Of a stretch of DNA of 64,000 nucleotides, positions 38,222 to 50,500 are shown piece by piece (positions within the stretch are counted from its first letter, which is position 1; the number at the start of each line of letters is the position of its first letter). Location of the stretch: positions 1 to 64,000 of the forward strand of contig CAXXVK010000030.1 of NCBI GenBank assembly GCA_963676915.2, in the 5' to 3' direction. The stretch comes from Myxococcota bacterium (GTDB lineage: Bacteria; Myxococcota_A; SURF-8; G963663525). The notes under the pieces are model-generated. The model worked only from the letters and a program-made list of their open reading frames with translations. It was not told the DNA's origin and ran no database searches. Both the position numbers and the translations under genes were made by a program.

Positions 38222-40546
38222 TCAATTGGTAAAGGCGTTTTCCAGAACTTCGCTCATGTCGTTGACGAAAACGAACTCCATCCCTTCCCGAGACGATTCG
38301 GTAATGTCGATGAGATCTTTCTCGTTTTTGGCAGGCATTACGATTTTCGTGATTCCGGCACGCTTGGCAGCCAGAATCTTTTCTTTAATGCCGCCAACCG
38401 GCAACACGGCTCCACGTAAGGTGATTTCACCCGTCATCGCCATATTGTTCTGAATCGGCTTGTCGGTCAAAATCGATGTCAACGCCGTCATCAACGTGAC
38501 TCCCGCCGAGGGGCCATCCTTGGGAATCGCACCGGCGGGAACGTGAACGTGAAGATCTTTCTGAGAGAAAATGTCCTCATCGATATTCAGTTCCTTGGCT
38601 TTGGTACGAACGTAGGACAACGCAGCCTTCGCGGATTCTTTCATCACATCGCCCAATTGGCCGGTGATCATCAAACCGCCCTTCCCTTTCATCATCGTGG
38701 CTTCGATGAAAAGAATATCTCCGCCGGTAGGCGTCCAGGCCAATCCGGTCGCGACGCCGGGCTTTGCGGTTCGAATTGCTACATCATTCCAGTATTTCTG
38801 CGGACCGAGGATTTTCTCGACCGTGTCCGGCTCGATCAACGATTTATCCTCTTTTCCGTATGCAACATCTTTGGCAATGGAGCGACAAACCGAGGCAATC
38901 TCACGCTTCAGGTTACGCACACCGGATTCTCGCGTGTAATCGCTGATAATGGTATGCAGCGCTTCGTCAGTGAACTCGATCAACTCCTCGCTCAACCCGT
39001 GATCCTCGATGTTTTCCGGAATCAGGTATTTCTTGGCGATATGGTACTTTTCTTCCTCGGAATAGCCCGGAATCTGAATGACTTCCAGCCGATCGCGCAG
39101 AGCGGGAGGAATCGTGTCGAGCATGTTGGCGGTACAGATAAACAACACCTTGGACAAGTCGAACGGGACATCCAAGTAATGATCCTGGAAAGAGAAATTC
39201 TGTTCCGGGTCCAACACTTCGAGTAGCGCTGAAGCCGGATCTCCACGGAAATCCTTGCCGAGTTTTTCGATTTCATCGAGCATGAACACGGGGTTGTTCG
39301 TCCCGCACTTTTTCAGTCCACCGATAATCCGTCCAGGCATGGAACCGATGTAGGTTCTGCGGTGTCCACGGATTTCTGCCTCGTCGTGCACGCCACCCAG
39401 ACTCATCCGGTAGAACTTACGCCCCAAGGAACGAGCCACGGATTTCCCCAGCGAGGTTTTACCGACACCGGGAGGACCGGAGAGACACAGGATGGGACCG
39501 CGCAGGTCGTTTTTCAGTTTGCGCACCGCGAGGAACTCAATGATGCGTTTTTTGACTTTTTCCAGGTCGTAGTGATCTTCGTTGAGGATTTTTTCCGCCT
39601 CGGCGATATCGAGGTTGTCTTCGGTCGATTCGCTCCAGGGAACGTCGATCATCCAGTCCAGATAGGTCCGGGCCACCTGATATTCAGGCGAGGAAGAATG
39701 CATTCGCTGAAGCCGTTTCAACTCTTTCATGGCCGCTTTATGAGCCTCTTCCGGCATCTTTTTCTCTTCGAGCTTCTCCCGAAGCTTTTCGAGTTCCTCG
39801 TTGCCGTCCGACTCGCCAAGTTCCTTTTGAATCGCCTTGAGTTGTTCGCGCAGATACACTTCCCGCTGATGACTATCGAGCTTCTCCTTGACCTCGTGTT
39901 GGATTTTGTTCCCCAACTCCAGTACGTCCAATTCGCGGGTAAGAATACCCGTGATGAGTTCCAGACGTTCCTTGACCGGAGTGGTTTCCAAAATCTTCTG
40001 CTTCTCGCTGATGTCGAGATCCAGATAATGCCCAATCATATCAGCCAGATAGGACGGAGACGGCACCTTGTCTACCAGGTAGGCCGCTTCGTCGGGAATG
40101 TTCGGACTCAAGCGGATGACTTTGTTGACAATTTGCTTGAGATTCCGGTGCATGGCCGAAATTTCGATATCATCCGGCACCTCGTCGGGAACGTATTCGA
40201 CCTTCACCCTGTGGTACGGTTCCTCACTAAGGTACTCGACCACTCGGAAACGAACCACACCTTGCACGAGGATCGAAGCCGTACCTTCGGTATGATCCGA
40301 AGATTTGATAATCTTTCCCAACGTGCCGTAATAATGGAGATCTTGTTCCCCCGGCAGATCCACGTTGCCATCGATTTGGGCAACAACGCCGATCATCTTG
40401 TCACCAGGTAATACGTCCTGGAGGATGCGCAGGGATTTTTCTCTACCGATGGAGAGCGGCAGGGTCATGTAAGGATATAGTACCGTGTTGCGCACGGGAA
40501 GTACGGGAACTATCGTAGGCAGATTCGCGATCAGTGTCTCTTCCAT
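38222..40546 (-). CDS. lon: Endopeptidase La (Lon protease)
   Basis: DHYDLEKVK, GPPGVGKTS, RRTYIGSMPG, PKDGPSAG, PVGGIKEK. Confidence 0.98.
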   Translation of the reverse strand: MEETLIANLPTIVPVLPVRNTVLYPYMTLPLSIGREKSLRILQDVLPGDKMIGVVAQIDGNVDLPGEQDLHYYGTLGKIIKSSDHTEGTASILVQGVVRFRVVEYLSEEPYHRVKVEYVPDEVPDDIEISAMHRNLKQIVNKVIRLSPNIPDEAAYLVDKVPSPSYLADMIGHYLDLDISEKQKILETTPVKERLELITGILTRELDVLELGNKIQHEVKEKLDSHQREVYLREQLKAIQKELGESDGNEELEKLREKLEEKKMPEEAHKAAMKELKRLQRMHSSSPEYQVARTYLDWMIDVPWSESTEDNLDIAEAEKILNEDHYDLEKVKKRIIEFLAVRKLKNDLRGPILCLSGPPGVGKTSLGKSVARSLGRKFYRMSLGGVHDEAEIRGHRRTYIGSMPGRIIGGLKKCGTNNPVFMLDEIEKLGKDFRGDPASALLEVLDPEQNFSFQDHYLDVPFDLSKVLFICTANMLDTIPPALRDRLEVIQIPGYSEEEKYHIAKKYLIPENIEDHGLSEELIEFTDEALHTIISDYTRESGVRNLKREIASVCRSIAKDVAYGKEDKSLIEPDTVEKILGPQKYWNDVAIRTAKPGVATGLAWTPTGGDILFIEATMMKGKGGLMITGQLGDVMKESAKAALSYVRTKAKELNIDEDIFSQKDLHVHVPAGAIPKDGPSAGVTLMTALTSILTDKPIQNNMAMTGEITLRGAVLPVGGIKEKILAAKRAGITKIVMPAKNEKDLIDITESSREGMEFVFVNDMSEVLENAFTN

Positions 40547-40662
40547 AATCTTTGCTTTCGTTTCGTGGTCCGAATCGATTTCTCGGTTCGAATCCGTGTT
40601 TGAACGACCGGTATCGCTCCATTCAAACTAATTCGCGCCCGCCTGTTGTCAAGAATGACGCA

Positions 40663-41952
40663 TTACCCCAAAGCTTTTAATTTGCCGCATACGGTTTGCG
40701 CCAGCGAGCGAATTTCGTCTGCCGTGTGGGATCGGCACAAAAACCACAATTCGTAACCGGACGGTGGCAAATAATATCCAGCCTGCAACATTTCGTGATA
40801 AATCGCGTTGAATCGTTCGATAGGACGCGATGGAATCTTATCGGCTCGCCGAGGCACCTCGCCTTCCTCGAAATAAACCCAGATCAACGATCCTAACCGT
40901 CTCCAGTTTAAAAACGGCAGGTCCGATTTCGCCGCTTCAAGCGTTTCGTCGAAAACTTTACCCAGGTTCTCCAGATGGGTATAGACGGAACCGTCCTCCA
41001 ACTGATCGAGCGTCGCCTTTCCCGCCGCCATCGCCACGGGGTTTCCACTTAACGTACCTGCCTGATAAACTTTGCCCAGCGGCGCTAGATTCTCCATATG
41101 GTCCTTCGGTCCCACGACCGCCCCAACCGGCATTCCACCACCGATGATTTTCCCAAGCGTCACAAGGTCAGCCTGAATTCCCAAGGAATCGCCATATCCA
41201 CCGAATCGCAGGCGAAAACCGGAAATCACCTCGTCGAAAATCAACAAAGAGCCGTGCGTTTTCGTCAACGCCCGCAATTTTTCGAGCCATTCGGGACGTT
41301 GTTCCAACAATCCGTTGTTACCCGGCAAAGGCTCGATGACGGCACAGGCGATTTCCGAACCGAATTTCTCGAAGGCAGCTTCCAGCGCCTCGTCGTCGTC
41401 CAGCGGCAAAACCAACGTCAAACCGGCGAGTTCGTCGGGTACGCCGCCACTCGAAGACACACCGGAGGTTGCCAGACCGCTCCCGGCTTTCACCAACAGG
41501 CTGTCGGAATGGCCATGGTACCCGCCCTCGAATTTGACGATCCGTGAGCGCCCGGTAATTCCACGAGCCAGGCGAATGGCTGTCATCACGGCTTCGGTTC
41601 CCGAACTGACGAACCGCACCCGGTCGTATGTCGGAAATGCTCTTAAAACGCTTTCGGCCAGAGCCACTTCTTTATCGTGACATGCACCGAAACTAAGACC
41701 ATCCACAGCAGCTTTTCGGACAGCATCCACCACGGTTTCGTCTGCGTGACCGAGGATCAACGGTCCCCAAGATTGGCAAAAATCCAGGTAGTCGTTGCCA
41801 TCGGCATCGATACAATGCCCGCCTTTTCCACGGGCAAAAAATACCGGGGTTCCCCCCACCGATCCAAAAGCCCGAACGGGGCTATGCACTCCACCTGGAG
41901 CGAGAGTTTTGGCTTTTTCGAATAGTTCGCGAGATTTCTCGATCGTTTTCAT
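40663..41952 (-). CDS. hemL: Glutamate-1-semialdehyde 2,1-aminomutase
   Basis: PGGVHSPVRAF, SWGPLILGH, SSGTEA, FDEVISGFR, LGKIIGGG, YQAGTLSGNP. Confidence 0.96.
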   Translation of the reverse strand: MKTIEKSRELFEKAKTLAPGGVHSPVRAFGSVGGTPVFFARGKGGHCIDADGNDYLDFCQSWGPLILGHADETVVDAVRKAAVDGLSFGACHDKEVALAESVLRAFPTYDRVRFVSSGTEAVMTAIRLARGITGRSRIVKFEGGYHGHSDSLLVKAGSGLATSGVSSSGGVPDELAGLTLVLPLDDDEALEAAFEKFGSEIACAVIEPLPGNNGLLEQRPEWLEKLRALTKTHGSLLIFDEVISGFRLRFGGYGDSLGIQADLVTLGKIIGGGMPVGAVVGPKDHMENLAPLGKVYQAGTLSGNPVAMAAGKATLDQLEDGSVYTHLENLGKVFDETLEAAKSDLPFLNWRRLGSLIWVYFEEGEVPRRADKIPSRPIERFNAIYHEMLQAGYYLPPSGYELWFLCRSHTADEIRSLAQTVCGKLKALG

Positions 41953-42059
41953 ACTACTTCCTTGAATTCATCTCTTAGACTTGAATCGTAGTTTATGGAT
42001 TCAATGAAAATCCCCCTCGAATCCACATTTTTCCTGTATGTCGAACTAGTGTCTCCAGT

Positions 42060-43010
42060 TTACCAGGAACGTGCCGGTTTACAAAGCTCATCTGAGGAAA
42101 AAGATGGCTCGGAACCCTCTACTTCCCCGTCCCGCCATGCGATGGAACGAGGCAACACCTCGTTTTGATTGAGGTTTTCGAAATACGAGGTCTTCCAGCT
42201 TCCATCAGCGAAAAGAGAAGCGATAAGCACCGAGAATTTCTCGTTTTCCACCTGAACCCAGCAAGCAAACGGATCGTGACAACCGCAACCGAAGGCTACG
42301 AGCAGGTCACGTTCCAGGTCGACCGCTTGTCTTGTGGGAGTATGATCGATCTTTGCAACCGTTCGCTCCACCTCCGGGTCGTTTTCCCGAATCTGTACAC
42401 CAACCGCCCCCTGACCGGAAGCGCAAGGCCAGAGATAGGGATTTAGATCGAAGGCTTTTAAAGGAGCAATATCCAGCTTCAGGCGTTCCAGACCGGCTCG
42501 TGCTAGGATGGCGGCATCGAATTCTCCCGAAACGATTTTGGAAATGCGCGTGGGAACATTGCCCCGCATCAAGCTGGGTTCGAGATCGGGTCGAAACGAC
42601 TTCAACAGTGCCTGACGACGAAGACTTGTAGCACCGATAACACTCCCTTTTTTCACGGGAAACGGCTCATCGGGGGCATATGCGTCAGGAGATACCAACA
42701 GCACATCATTGACCGACGCTCTCGGCGGGGTAGCACCCAACACCAGTCCCGGAGGATTTTCGGTAGGCAGATCTTTGAGCGAGTGAATCGCGGCGTCTAC
42801 CTCGTGATCCATCAGAGCCTGTTCGATTTCTTTGGTAAAAAAACCCTTGTCGATTCGACCTTGTAGCGGCACCGAAAGCAAACGGTCACCGCTCGTTTTG
42901 ATGACATGCACTTCGGCCGGAACGTCGAGCAGGTCTTTGACCATATTGGCCTGCCAAAGAGCCAGTTGACTGCCACGGGTGCCGATCCTGAAACGCGTCT
43001 CGTTCTTCAT
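42060..43010 (-). CDS. hemC: Hydroxymethylbilane synthase (porphobilinogen deaminase)
   Basis: IGTRGSQLALWQA, FTKEIE, HSLKDLP, TSLRR, RGNVPTR, LARAGL.RL, GCGC. Confidence 0.95.
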   Translation of the reverse strand: MKNETRFRIGTRGSQLALWQANMVKDLLDVPAEVHVIKTSGDRLLSVPLQGRIDKGFFTKEIEQALMDHEVDAAIHSLKDLPTENPPGLVLGATPPRASVNDVLLVSPDAYAPDEPFPVKKGSVIGATSLRRQALLKSFRPDLEPSLMRGNVPTRISKIVSGEFDAAILARAGLERLKLDIAPLKAFDLNPYLWPCASGQGAVGVQIRENDPEVERTVAKIDHTPTRQAVDLERDLLVAFGCGCHDPFACWVQVENEKFSVLIASLFADGSWKTSYFENLNQNEVLPRSIAWRDGEVEGSEPSFSSDELCKPARSW

Positions 43011-43036
43011 CCAGTCACTCTTTCCTCAGAAAATCT

Positions 43037-44215
43037 TTATTCGAAAGAAATTTTCGACGCACGTTCGTTGGTGTCGATGATGTGTTTCACCTGCACCAGC
43101 GCTTCTTTTTTCATCGCTTCGAGTTCCGGCGTCTCTTCGGACATGTTTTTCGCCGCGTTATACACTTCGACAAAGCTTTTCTTGGCCTGCTCGTTGAAAT
43201 CGCGGGAAAGATAACGCGACCACGCCAGCATGTAGAGAGATCGGCAATGCCACAACGTGCCTACTTCGTACTTTGCAGCGGCTTTTTCGAAAAAGATCGC
43301 CGCTTGCGTGAAATGGTCGAAACTCTGAGGCGAATGAAAATGGGTGTAAGCCAGCCGGAAAAGGATTTCCGCAATCACCGGGCTGTCCGGGTGAAGCCTG
43401 ACGTAATCATCCCACATCTGCGCTTTTTCACGCGTCTGTTTCAATTCACTGTATAGTTGTGCCAGCATGGAAACCGCTTCGGCATGATTCGGAAAATCCT
43501 GATGCTTTTCAAGCACTTCCGCAACGGCATCCCGAATTCTGAGCATATTTTTAACATACTCGGGCTTCTTCTCGGCAGGTGCCGTCACTTCGGCCGTTTC
43601 CACCTCGGGAGTTTCTTCTTTTTCGATCAGGGGTGTTTTGTAGGCGGCCAGTTCATCTTCTTCGGTTTTTTCGACCGCTTTTTCTTCCTTCGTTTCCTCT
43701 TCGAACACCGGACGAGGACCGGGAATCGCCTCGACGACCGGCGGTTGAGGATCTTTGTAGTCCTGATCGCGAACCGGGTAATACAGCCGGGCAATGAGCA
43801 TCAACAGATAGGGATCGGAGGAATTGTCCTGCAAAGCCTTTTCGGCATGATAGATAATCGCGCTCCAGAGGCGTTTTTTCCTCTCGGGAAAATCGGCGAT
43901 CATTTTCTTTTTATCTTCACGAAGCTGTTTTTGTAACGCCTTGCGTTCTTTATACTTTTTGATCTTTCTTGTAAGTTTGATCTGCTCGTCCATCTCCTGG
44001 GTCAGTGCTTTTTTCGTAGTGTCCCAGTCGAGATAAGCTTTGAGATCCCGAAGGAGTTCAGGATATGCCTCGGCGTAGCTGTCGGGCAACATCGGATCGG
44101 CCGGTTGATACCCGAATTCGAAATCCAGACCGGGAGCCTGAAGAGCGAACGCCATCGGCGATACCAGCAAGAACAGCCAAAAAACGCTATGCACGACCAA
44201 GGTTCTCAGATTCAT
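43037..44215 (-). CDS. Exported tetratricopeptide-repeat protein
   Basis: Signal peptide; helical repeats HPDSPVIAEILFRLAY and RSLYMLAWSRY. Confidence 0.7.
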   Translation of the reverse strand: MNLRTLVVHSVFWLFLLVSPMAFALQAPGLDFEFGYQPADPMLPDSYAEAYPELLRDLKAYLDWDTTKKALTQEMDEQIKLTRKIKKYKERKALQKQLREDKKKMIADFPERKKRLWSAIIYHAEKALQDNSSDPYLLMLIARLYYPVRDQDYKDPQPPVVEAIPGPRPVFEEETKEEKAVEKTEEDELAAYKTPLIEKEETPEVETAEVTAPAEKKPEYVKNMLRIRDAVAEVLEKHQDFPNHAEAVSMLAQLYSELKQTREKAQMWDDYVRLHPDSPVIAEILFRLAYTHFHSPQSFDHFTQAAIFFEKAAAKYEVGTLWHCRSLYMLAWSRYLSRDFNEQAKKSFVEVYNAAKNMSEETPELEAMKKEALVQVKHIIDTNERASKISFE

Positions 44216-44512
44216 GCCATCTCCTTATGATCCACTAAAATTCGTCATAGAAGTTACTTGGCCTCATTGAATCGATTCTCCCACCTTTTGGCAAGATTTT
44301 TCGGGAAAACGTCCGAAAAAGCGGCATTTTCAAGAAGATAGCGCTCCATTTCACGAAAACATCCAACGTTTTCATGGAGAAGAGTCTTGATAGCTCTTGT
44401 CGTATAGTATAAATTCAATCAAGAGTACGTCCAATGTATATGCATGGCGTTCATCCGTCCATTTGTCGGAATTCGCCAGTTGCTGCAATGATAGCTATCA
44501 AGGGAGGTTTCG

Positions 44513-47500
44513 ATGTCTCGCGTTCCCTCATCCATTCTTGTTTTTCTCGCACTGGCGATGACGCTGTTTTCCGTCTCGGCCTGCACCTCGGATAGCACGG
44601 GAAATCCTGGTGATACAGACACCGATCTGGTTGAGGCAACCGATAAGATAGATATCGATTTCGAAGAATGGCCGGACAACTGTATACGCCTCATTTCCGA
44701 CAAAGAATTGTCCCTCATTGCCGGTACCGAGTTCGAAGCCACGTTTCCCGAGGGAATCGTGACCGAGCAAACGACAGTCTGCTACGAAAAACTGGCGACT
44801 ACAGCGGTTCAGCTTCCCGATGGAGTGGAAGCGCTGAGTCCGATCGTGACGTTCACACCTGCGGACATGACCCTGCAAAAAGAGTTCAAAATCACCTGGA
44901 AAAGCCTCACTGACCTGCCGGAAAACGTGAACGCGTACATCCTCAAGGAAGACAGTGACAACGAATGGGATGTAACCACCGTTCCGGTGGAATCCGGCAC
45001 GGCAAGCGTTACGTCGATTCGTCTTGCCACTGCATTTTTGGGACAGCTTGCCGAAACGCCCACGGATGGCGATATCGACGAGGTCGAGGAAGAGGAAGAC
45101 CTCGACGAAGCGGACACCGTGGACGAAATCGACGAAATCGAAGAAGTGGATGTCGATGAAGAACCGCCAAATCTTTGCGATCCCGATCCTTGCAACGGTC
45201 ACGGAACCTGCGATCCAACGGACGGCTCCTGCACCTGTGACGACTATTTCGCCGGTGACGCTTGCGATGCCTGCGATACAGGAACCCTCGGCACCTATCC
45301 CGACTGCGTTGACGACCCCTGCGATCCCGATCCCTGCAACGGACATGGCTCCTGTGACACGGCGGACGGCTCCTGCACCTGCAACGACTATTTCGCCGGA
45401 GATGCCTGCGATGCCTGCGACGCGGATGCCGTGGGAACCTATCCCGATTGTGTAGACAATCCCTGCGATCCCGACCCATGCAACGGTCACGGAACCTGCG
45501 ACACGACGGACGGTTCCTGTACCTGCGCGGACAACTACGCCGGAGACGCCTGCGACACCTGTGCACCGGGATATGTCGGGGAATATCCAGACTGCATCTT
45601 GGCCACACCGCTTCCCGCTCCGGGAGAAATCGTCATCACCGAGTTTTTCGCCTATCCTCCCGATGCCCGCAGTGAAAATGGTGAATGGATCGAAATCCGC
45701 AACGTTTCCAGCGAAACCCGTCGTCTGCAACTGTGCGAAATCGGCCATGGTTTGGAAGGTGTCACCGAAAGTTCGACGATCAATGATCCTATCGAATTGG
45801 AAGCCGGTGAAACGATCGTTTTCGGAAAAAACACAGAGATCCTCGATAGCGGTCTCAATGTGCCGCCGGACATCATCTGGACCGGATGGCAGTTGGGCGA
45901 CGTAGCGGACACGCTATGGCTCGATTGTCCTGGAAGCGCACGAGACACGATGCGACGTATCGACGAAGTAACCTACACCGAAAGCTGGGCCGTGCTCCAA
46001 GGATATTCGAAACAATTCGACATCGAAACCCTTGAAGATACAAACCTCCAACATGCCGTCGAAAACGACAAATTCTGGAACTGGTGCGACAGCGCCGACG
46101 AACGAACCTATGGCTATGGCGACCACGGCACCCCGAAAATCGACAACACCGTTTGCGCCGAAATCACTCAGCCACCCGAAGAGGGGGATGTGTTTATTAC
46201 CGAAATCTTTGCGGATAACAGGTTTCGAATCGAATAACGGCCAATGGTTTGAAATTGTCAATACAACCAATAAAACCAAAGAGCTACATCACTGCAAGGT
46301 CTCGTCTTCCACGAATGAAATCATGATCGACGAATCGTTGTTGATCGGCCCAAGTGAAATCCTTGTACTGGGAAACACGGCGGACGTTTTCGGCGACGTA
46401 ACGCTGGATTACCAATTCGATCTGTTCTTCAACCCCACAAGCGACACCATCAGCCTGACCTGCTATGATCTGCCGGTGGATGAAGTAACGTACGATCTGG
46501 AGCAAGGCTGGCCGATTGCCACCCAGGCATCGCTTTCACTTATTCCGGGCAACGATGCCTTAGGGAATGATGACGCCACCAACTGGTGCTACAGCCATGA
46601 CGTATATTTTGCCGCTTCGATGCGTTTCGGCACACCCGGCACGGCGAATCCTACCTGCGATTTCGAACCTGTCGGAACGAGAACAACCCACGGAGATCAC
46701 ACGTATTTCATCTCTGCCGAAGGTTCTTTCCTGACCTGGACTGACGCGCAGGACTATTGCCGCAACATTTGGAACCAATCCAACGAGGAAGGCGATCTTG
46801 TAACCCTCAACGACACCAACGACACCCCCGGCGGGGAGTACCATTTCATCAAGGAATATTATCTCAACAACACAATTCGCCGCCCGTTTTGGATCGGCCT
46901 CAACGACCGGGAAACGGAGGGGCAGTTCGTCTGGTCCAACGGAGAAACACCCGCCGTAATGCCGACACCGGAAGGCAATACCGATACAAAAGACTGTGCC
47001 GCTCAGGAAAATGGCGTCACGATGAATCTCTGCCGGGTACCGCGAAAATTCATCTGCGAAGTCGAAGGCAGCTATGTCCCAGAAATCACGGTTTACGAGC
47101 TGATGGATGAAACCAACATCAACCATCAACCGCCGGGAACTCTGGTCACGATGGGAGCAGACAAACAACCTGCAGGTCATCGGTGTATTTCCCGAAAACG
47201 GCGTGCTTCGCGTCAAGGCCAAAGACACTTCGGAATTCGGCATCGAGTACGCCTATTCCTTCATTTTCTTCCGTGGTTTCGATGGGGTTTCGATCGATAC
47301 GATTCAGCTCGGTGACATCCTTCACTTGACGGGCGGTGTCTCGGATAACGGCGATTTCCTGCAAATCAGCCTGCAACCATCGCTATTCCCGGACGCAACC
47401 CTCGAAGTGGTGGCGAACGATCCGACCATCGACGATCCCGTTATTACCATTGCCGGAAGCGAAACCGACGATTACCTGCCGGGAGGCACCAATCACAAAC

Positions 47501-50500
47501 CTTATGCCCTCCATACGGTTAAACTGGAAAACGCTATCGTCGATAGTTCCGATGCCTATCCTTACGTGGATCTGGCAGCCCCTTACGACGGATTCCAGCT
47601 ATGGGCATTCATTTACGCTTTTGATGAACCTCTCCCCCAGACGATCTATCCCGAAGTCTCGGGCGTTCTGCTCAACAACCTCGTGTTGCCGCTTGACGAA
47701 AGCTGTATGGCCGATCCGATCATTCCCGAAAACCTCTGCGATGTCGGGGAAATCGTCATCACCGAATTCATGCGCCGCCCGTTGGCTTTGTTCGGTGTCG
47801 ATGGCGAATACGTAGAGTTGACCAACGTCACGGATAAACGTTGCAAACTCACCGGTTGCGAACTCCGTGACGCGGCCTTTACCGACCGGCATGTGTTCTC
47901 GGCAAGTGGAATCGTCGGTGACGCGGAATCCCCGGTCATCGAACCCAATTCAACCTATTTGCTGGCACGGACCGAGAACAACAACGGCATGATTTATGCC
48001 CCCGACTACCTGTACGGTACGGATTTCGAGCTTTCCAATCTCACGGACCAAATCTATCTCACCTGCCAGATCGACGGCAACAGCGTCGATATCGACCAGG
48101 TATCCTACGATGAGGGATGGTACCTGGAAGATCCCGGAATCGCTCTACAATTCGACGCTTCCTTGTTGCCATGGGGCGACAACAACCAGCAATCGAACTG
48201 GTGTGTTTCCACGGAAACGTTCGGTGATCCTTTACAGTACGGCTCACCCGGCAACCGGAACTCTTCTTGCGAAACCTCCTATGTCGTTTATTCGATTCAG
48301 GAATTGCAGGACGAAAGCGACGTCAACCATCCTGAAACCGGCCAACTCGTCGGTATCGAGGATGCCGTTGTCGTTTCTCCCGTTTTCAATGTCGGTACGA
48401 GTACTACGCGAAAATCCGTTATCGTAATGGACCCCTACGGTGGAGAATACAGCGGCATTCAAGTCATTTGGAACCAAACCACCTACCCGGTAACAAGCTT
48501 GCAAGTCGGACAAATCATACAAGCGGTCGGGGTGTATCGAGAAACCTGCGAGGAAGGCTCCTTGCCGGATTGCGTACCCAGTACCGTTATCGATATCGAG
48601 GAAGCGGCCAACCAAAACCTGGATTACTACGAAATCCGTGCTACCGGTGGAACCTCACCGCTACCGCAACCGTATCTCGTCACGAATCCCTGCGATATCA
48701 TGACCGATGGTTCTTTGGCCGACAAACTACAGCATGTTCTCGTTCGCGTCGAAAGCGTTTTAATTACAGATAACGCCAATTACACCGCTCAGGGAGAATT
48801 CACGGTCGGGACAGACTGTAACCTGCCGGTGGACGACTACATCCACCATCGCGATCCCTCGGAAGATTATCCCAGACCGCGTATCGGTGACACGTATGAC
48901 CTGGAGGGTGTGCTTGTTACCAGTTACGATACCTTCAAGTTAGCGCCCAGAGATACGGAAGACATCGAAATGCTGGCCGTAGGCATCCAAACCGGCGAAC
49001 TCGTCTTTACGGAATTCTTCCTGCAGTCCGCTCTTTATCCCGATACTCAGTGGTTCGAAATCTACAACGCCACACGAGGAACCGGGAACGAGCGAACTCT
49101 CAACCTCAACGGATGCGGCGTTGTCGCCGACAACGAGAGCATGGATATCGAAGTCGATTTGTTCGTGGAAGCCGGCGACTACATCGTGCTGGGTAATTCC
49201 GCAGATGTTTCAGCCAACCAGGGAGCGTGCATCGATCACACCTACCTGCCGGACGATGACGAAGAGGAATTGGATTTCATCATCAGCGTACAAGAACAGA
49301 CGATTTACCTGCTATGCGAAGGTGGACGCGAAATCGACAGCATACCGTTCCATCCGACGTACTTCCCCTTCGAGAACAACAAATCCATCGAAGTCCGTAG
49401 CGTCGCCCGAAACGCCGATCTGAACGACCACGGCGAATACTGGTGCGCTGCCCGCGTGAAATACGGCGAACCGGATTGGGACGGCCCCTACGGTACACCC
49501 GGCACTGCCAACGATTGTGAAACCACCTCGGTGGAAATTCAAAGCTGTATCCCGGACATCTGGCCGGGTGACCTGATCGTCAGTGAAGTTATGTATTCTC
49601 CGGCCGCTGTCTCGACCGATGAGGGACAATGGCTGGAAATCTACAACCGCTCCGGTGAGGCGGCGAACCTTGACGGCTGCAACATCGTCGTGGATGGCGT
49701 CGATCATCCGATTGAGGACTCAGGTTTGACAATCGATGCCGGTGGTTTCGTCGTTTTCGCCAATTCGGACAACAGCGCCACCAATGGCGGCCTCGTCCCC
49801 GATTATGCCTTCGGATCGGAAAACCTGCTGAATCTCGACTACTATTCCTCGCAGATTCAAATCATCTGCAACGACACTAACCTGGGTTATGACCTGTTGA
49901 TCGACGAAGTCACCTACTCGCCTCTCAACGCTTTCCCGGTCGAGAAGAACGGCTGGGCCATTTCCCTCAAAGAAGAAAACTTCGATGATACGATCAACGA
50001 CCGAGGGATTTCCTGGTGTTATTCCGGCGCGACCTATGGCGATGGCGATTATGGAACACCCGGAGAAGGAAACGAATGCTACGTCGAGCTTCGAGGTCAA
50101 ATTGAGATCATCGGCAGCTATACCTATTTCATCTCCGACGAGGACTTCGTCAAGAACTGGTACGACGCAGACAGTTGGTGCAAAAACAACATGTTCGGCG
50201 GTGCCGGTGGCGGCTACCTGATGTTCGTCCAGGATCGTTTCGAAGTCCTGCCTCTTGCCGCTGGCGACCTGTTCCAGACCTTCGAATACGCCTGGGTCGG
50301 TGTCCACGACTACAATCAGGAAGGCACCTTAGAGTATTCGTACGCCCCACAGGCAGGAGAAGACTGGGACAGCGCAATCCAAGCCCAGTTGATCAACCCC
50401 ACCCTCGGCAACAACTCCGAAGACCGGGACTGCGGCACCGTACAAAAGAACGTGTTGAGCCAGTTCGACTACTCGATGCAACAGTGCCTCGACGAGAAAC

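Noticed and set aside
43037-44215. TPR gene heading hemC-hemL as a heme-pathway factor
   Set aside because: It has a signal peptide and no heme-related motif; only adjacency supports a link.
45176-45596. Regularly spaced repeats that could suggest a CRISPR array
   Set aside because: In-frame 144-bp coding repeats with no unique spacers, and no cas genes.
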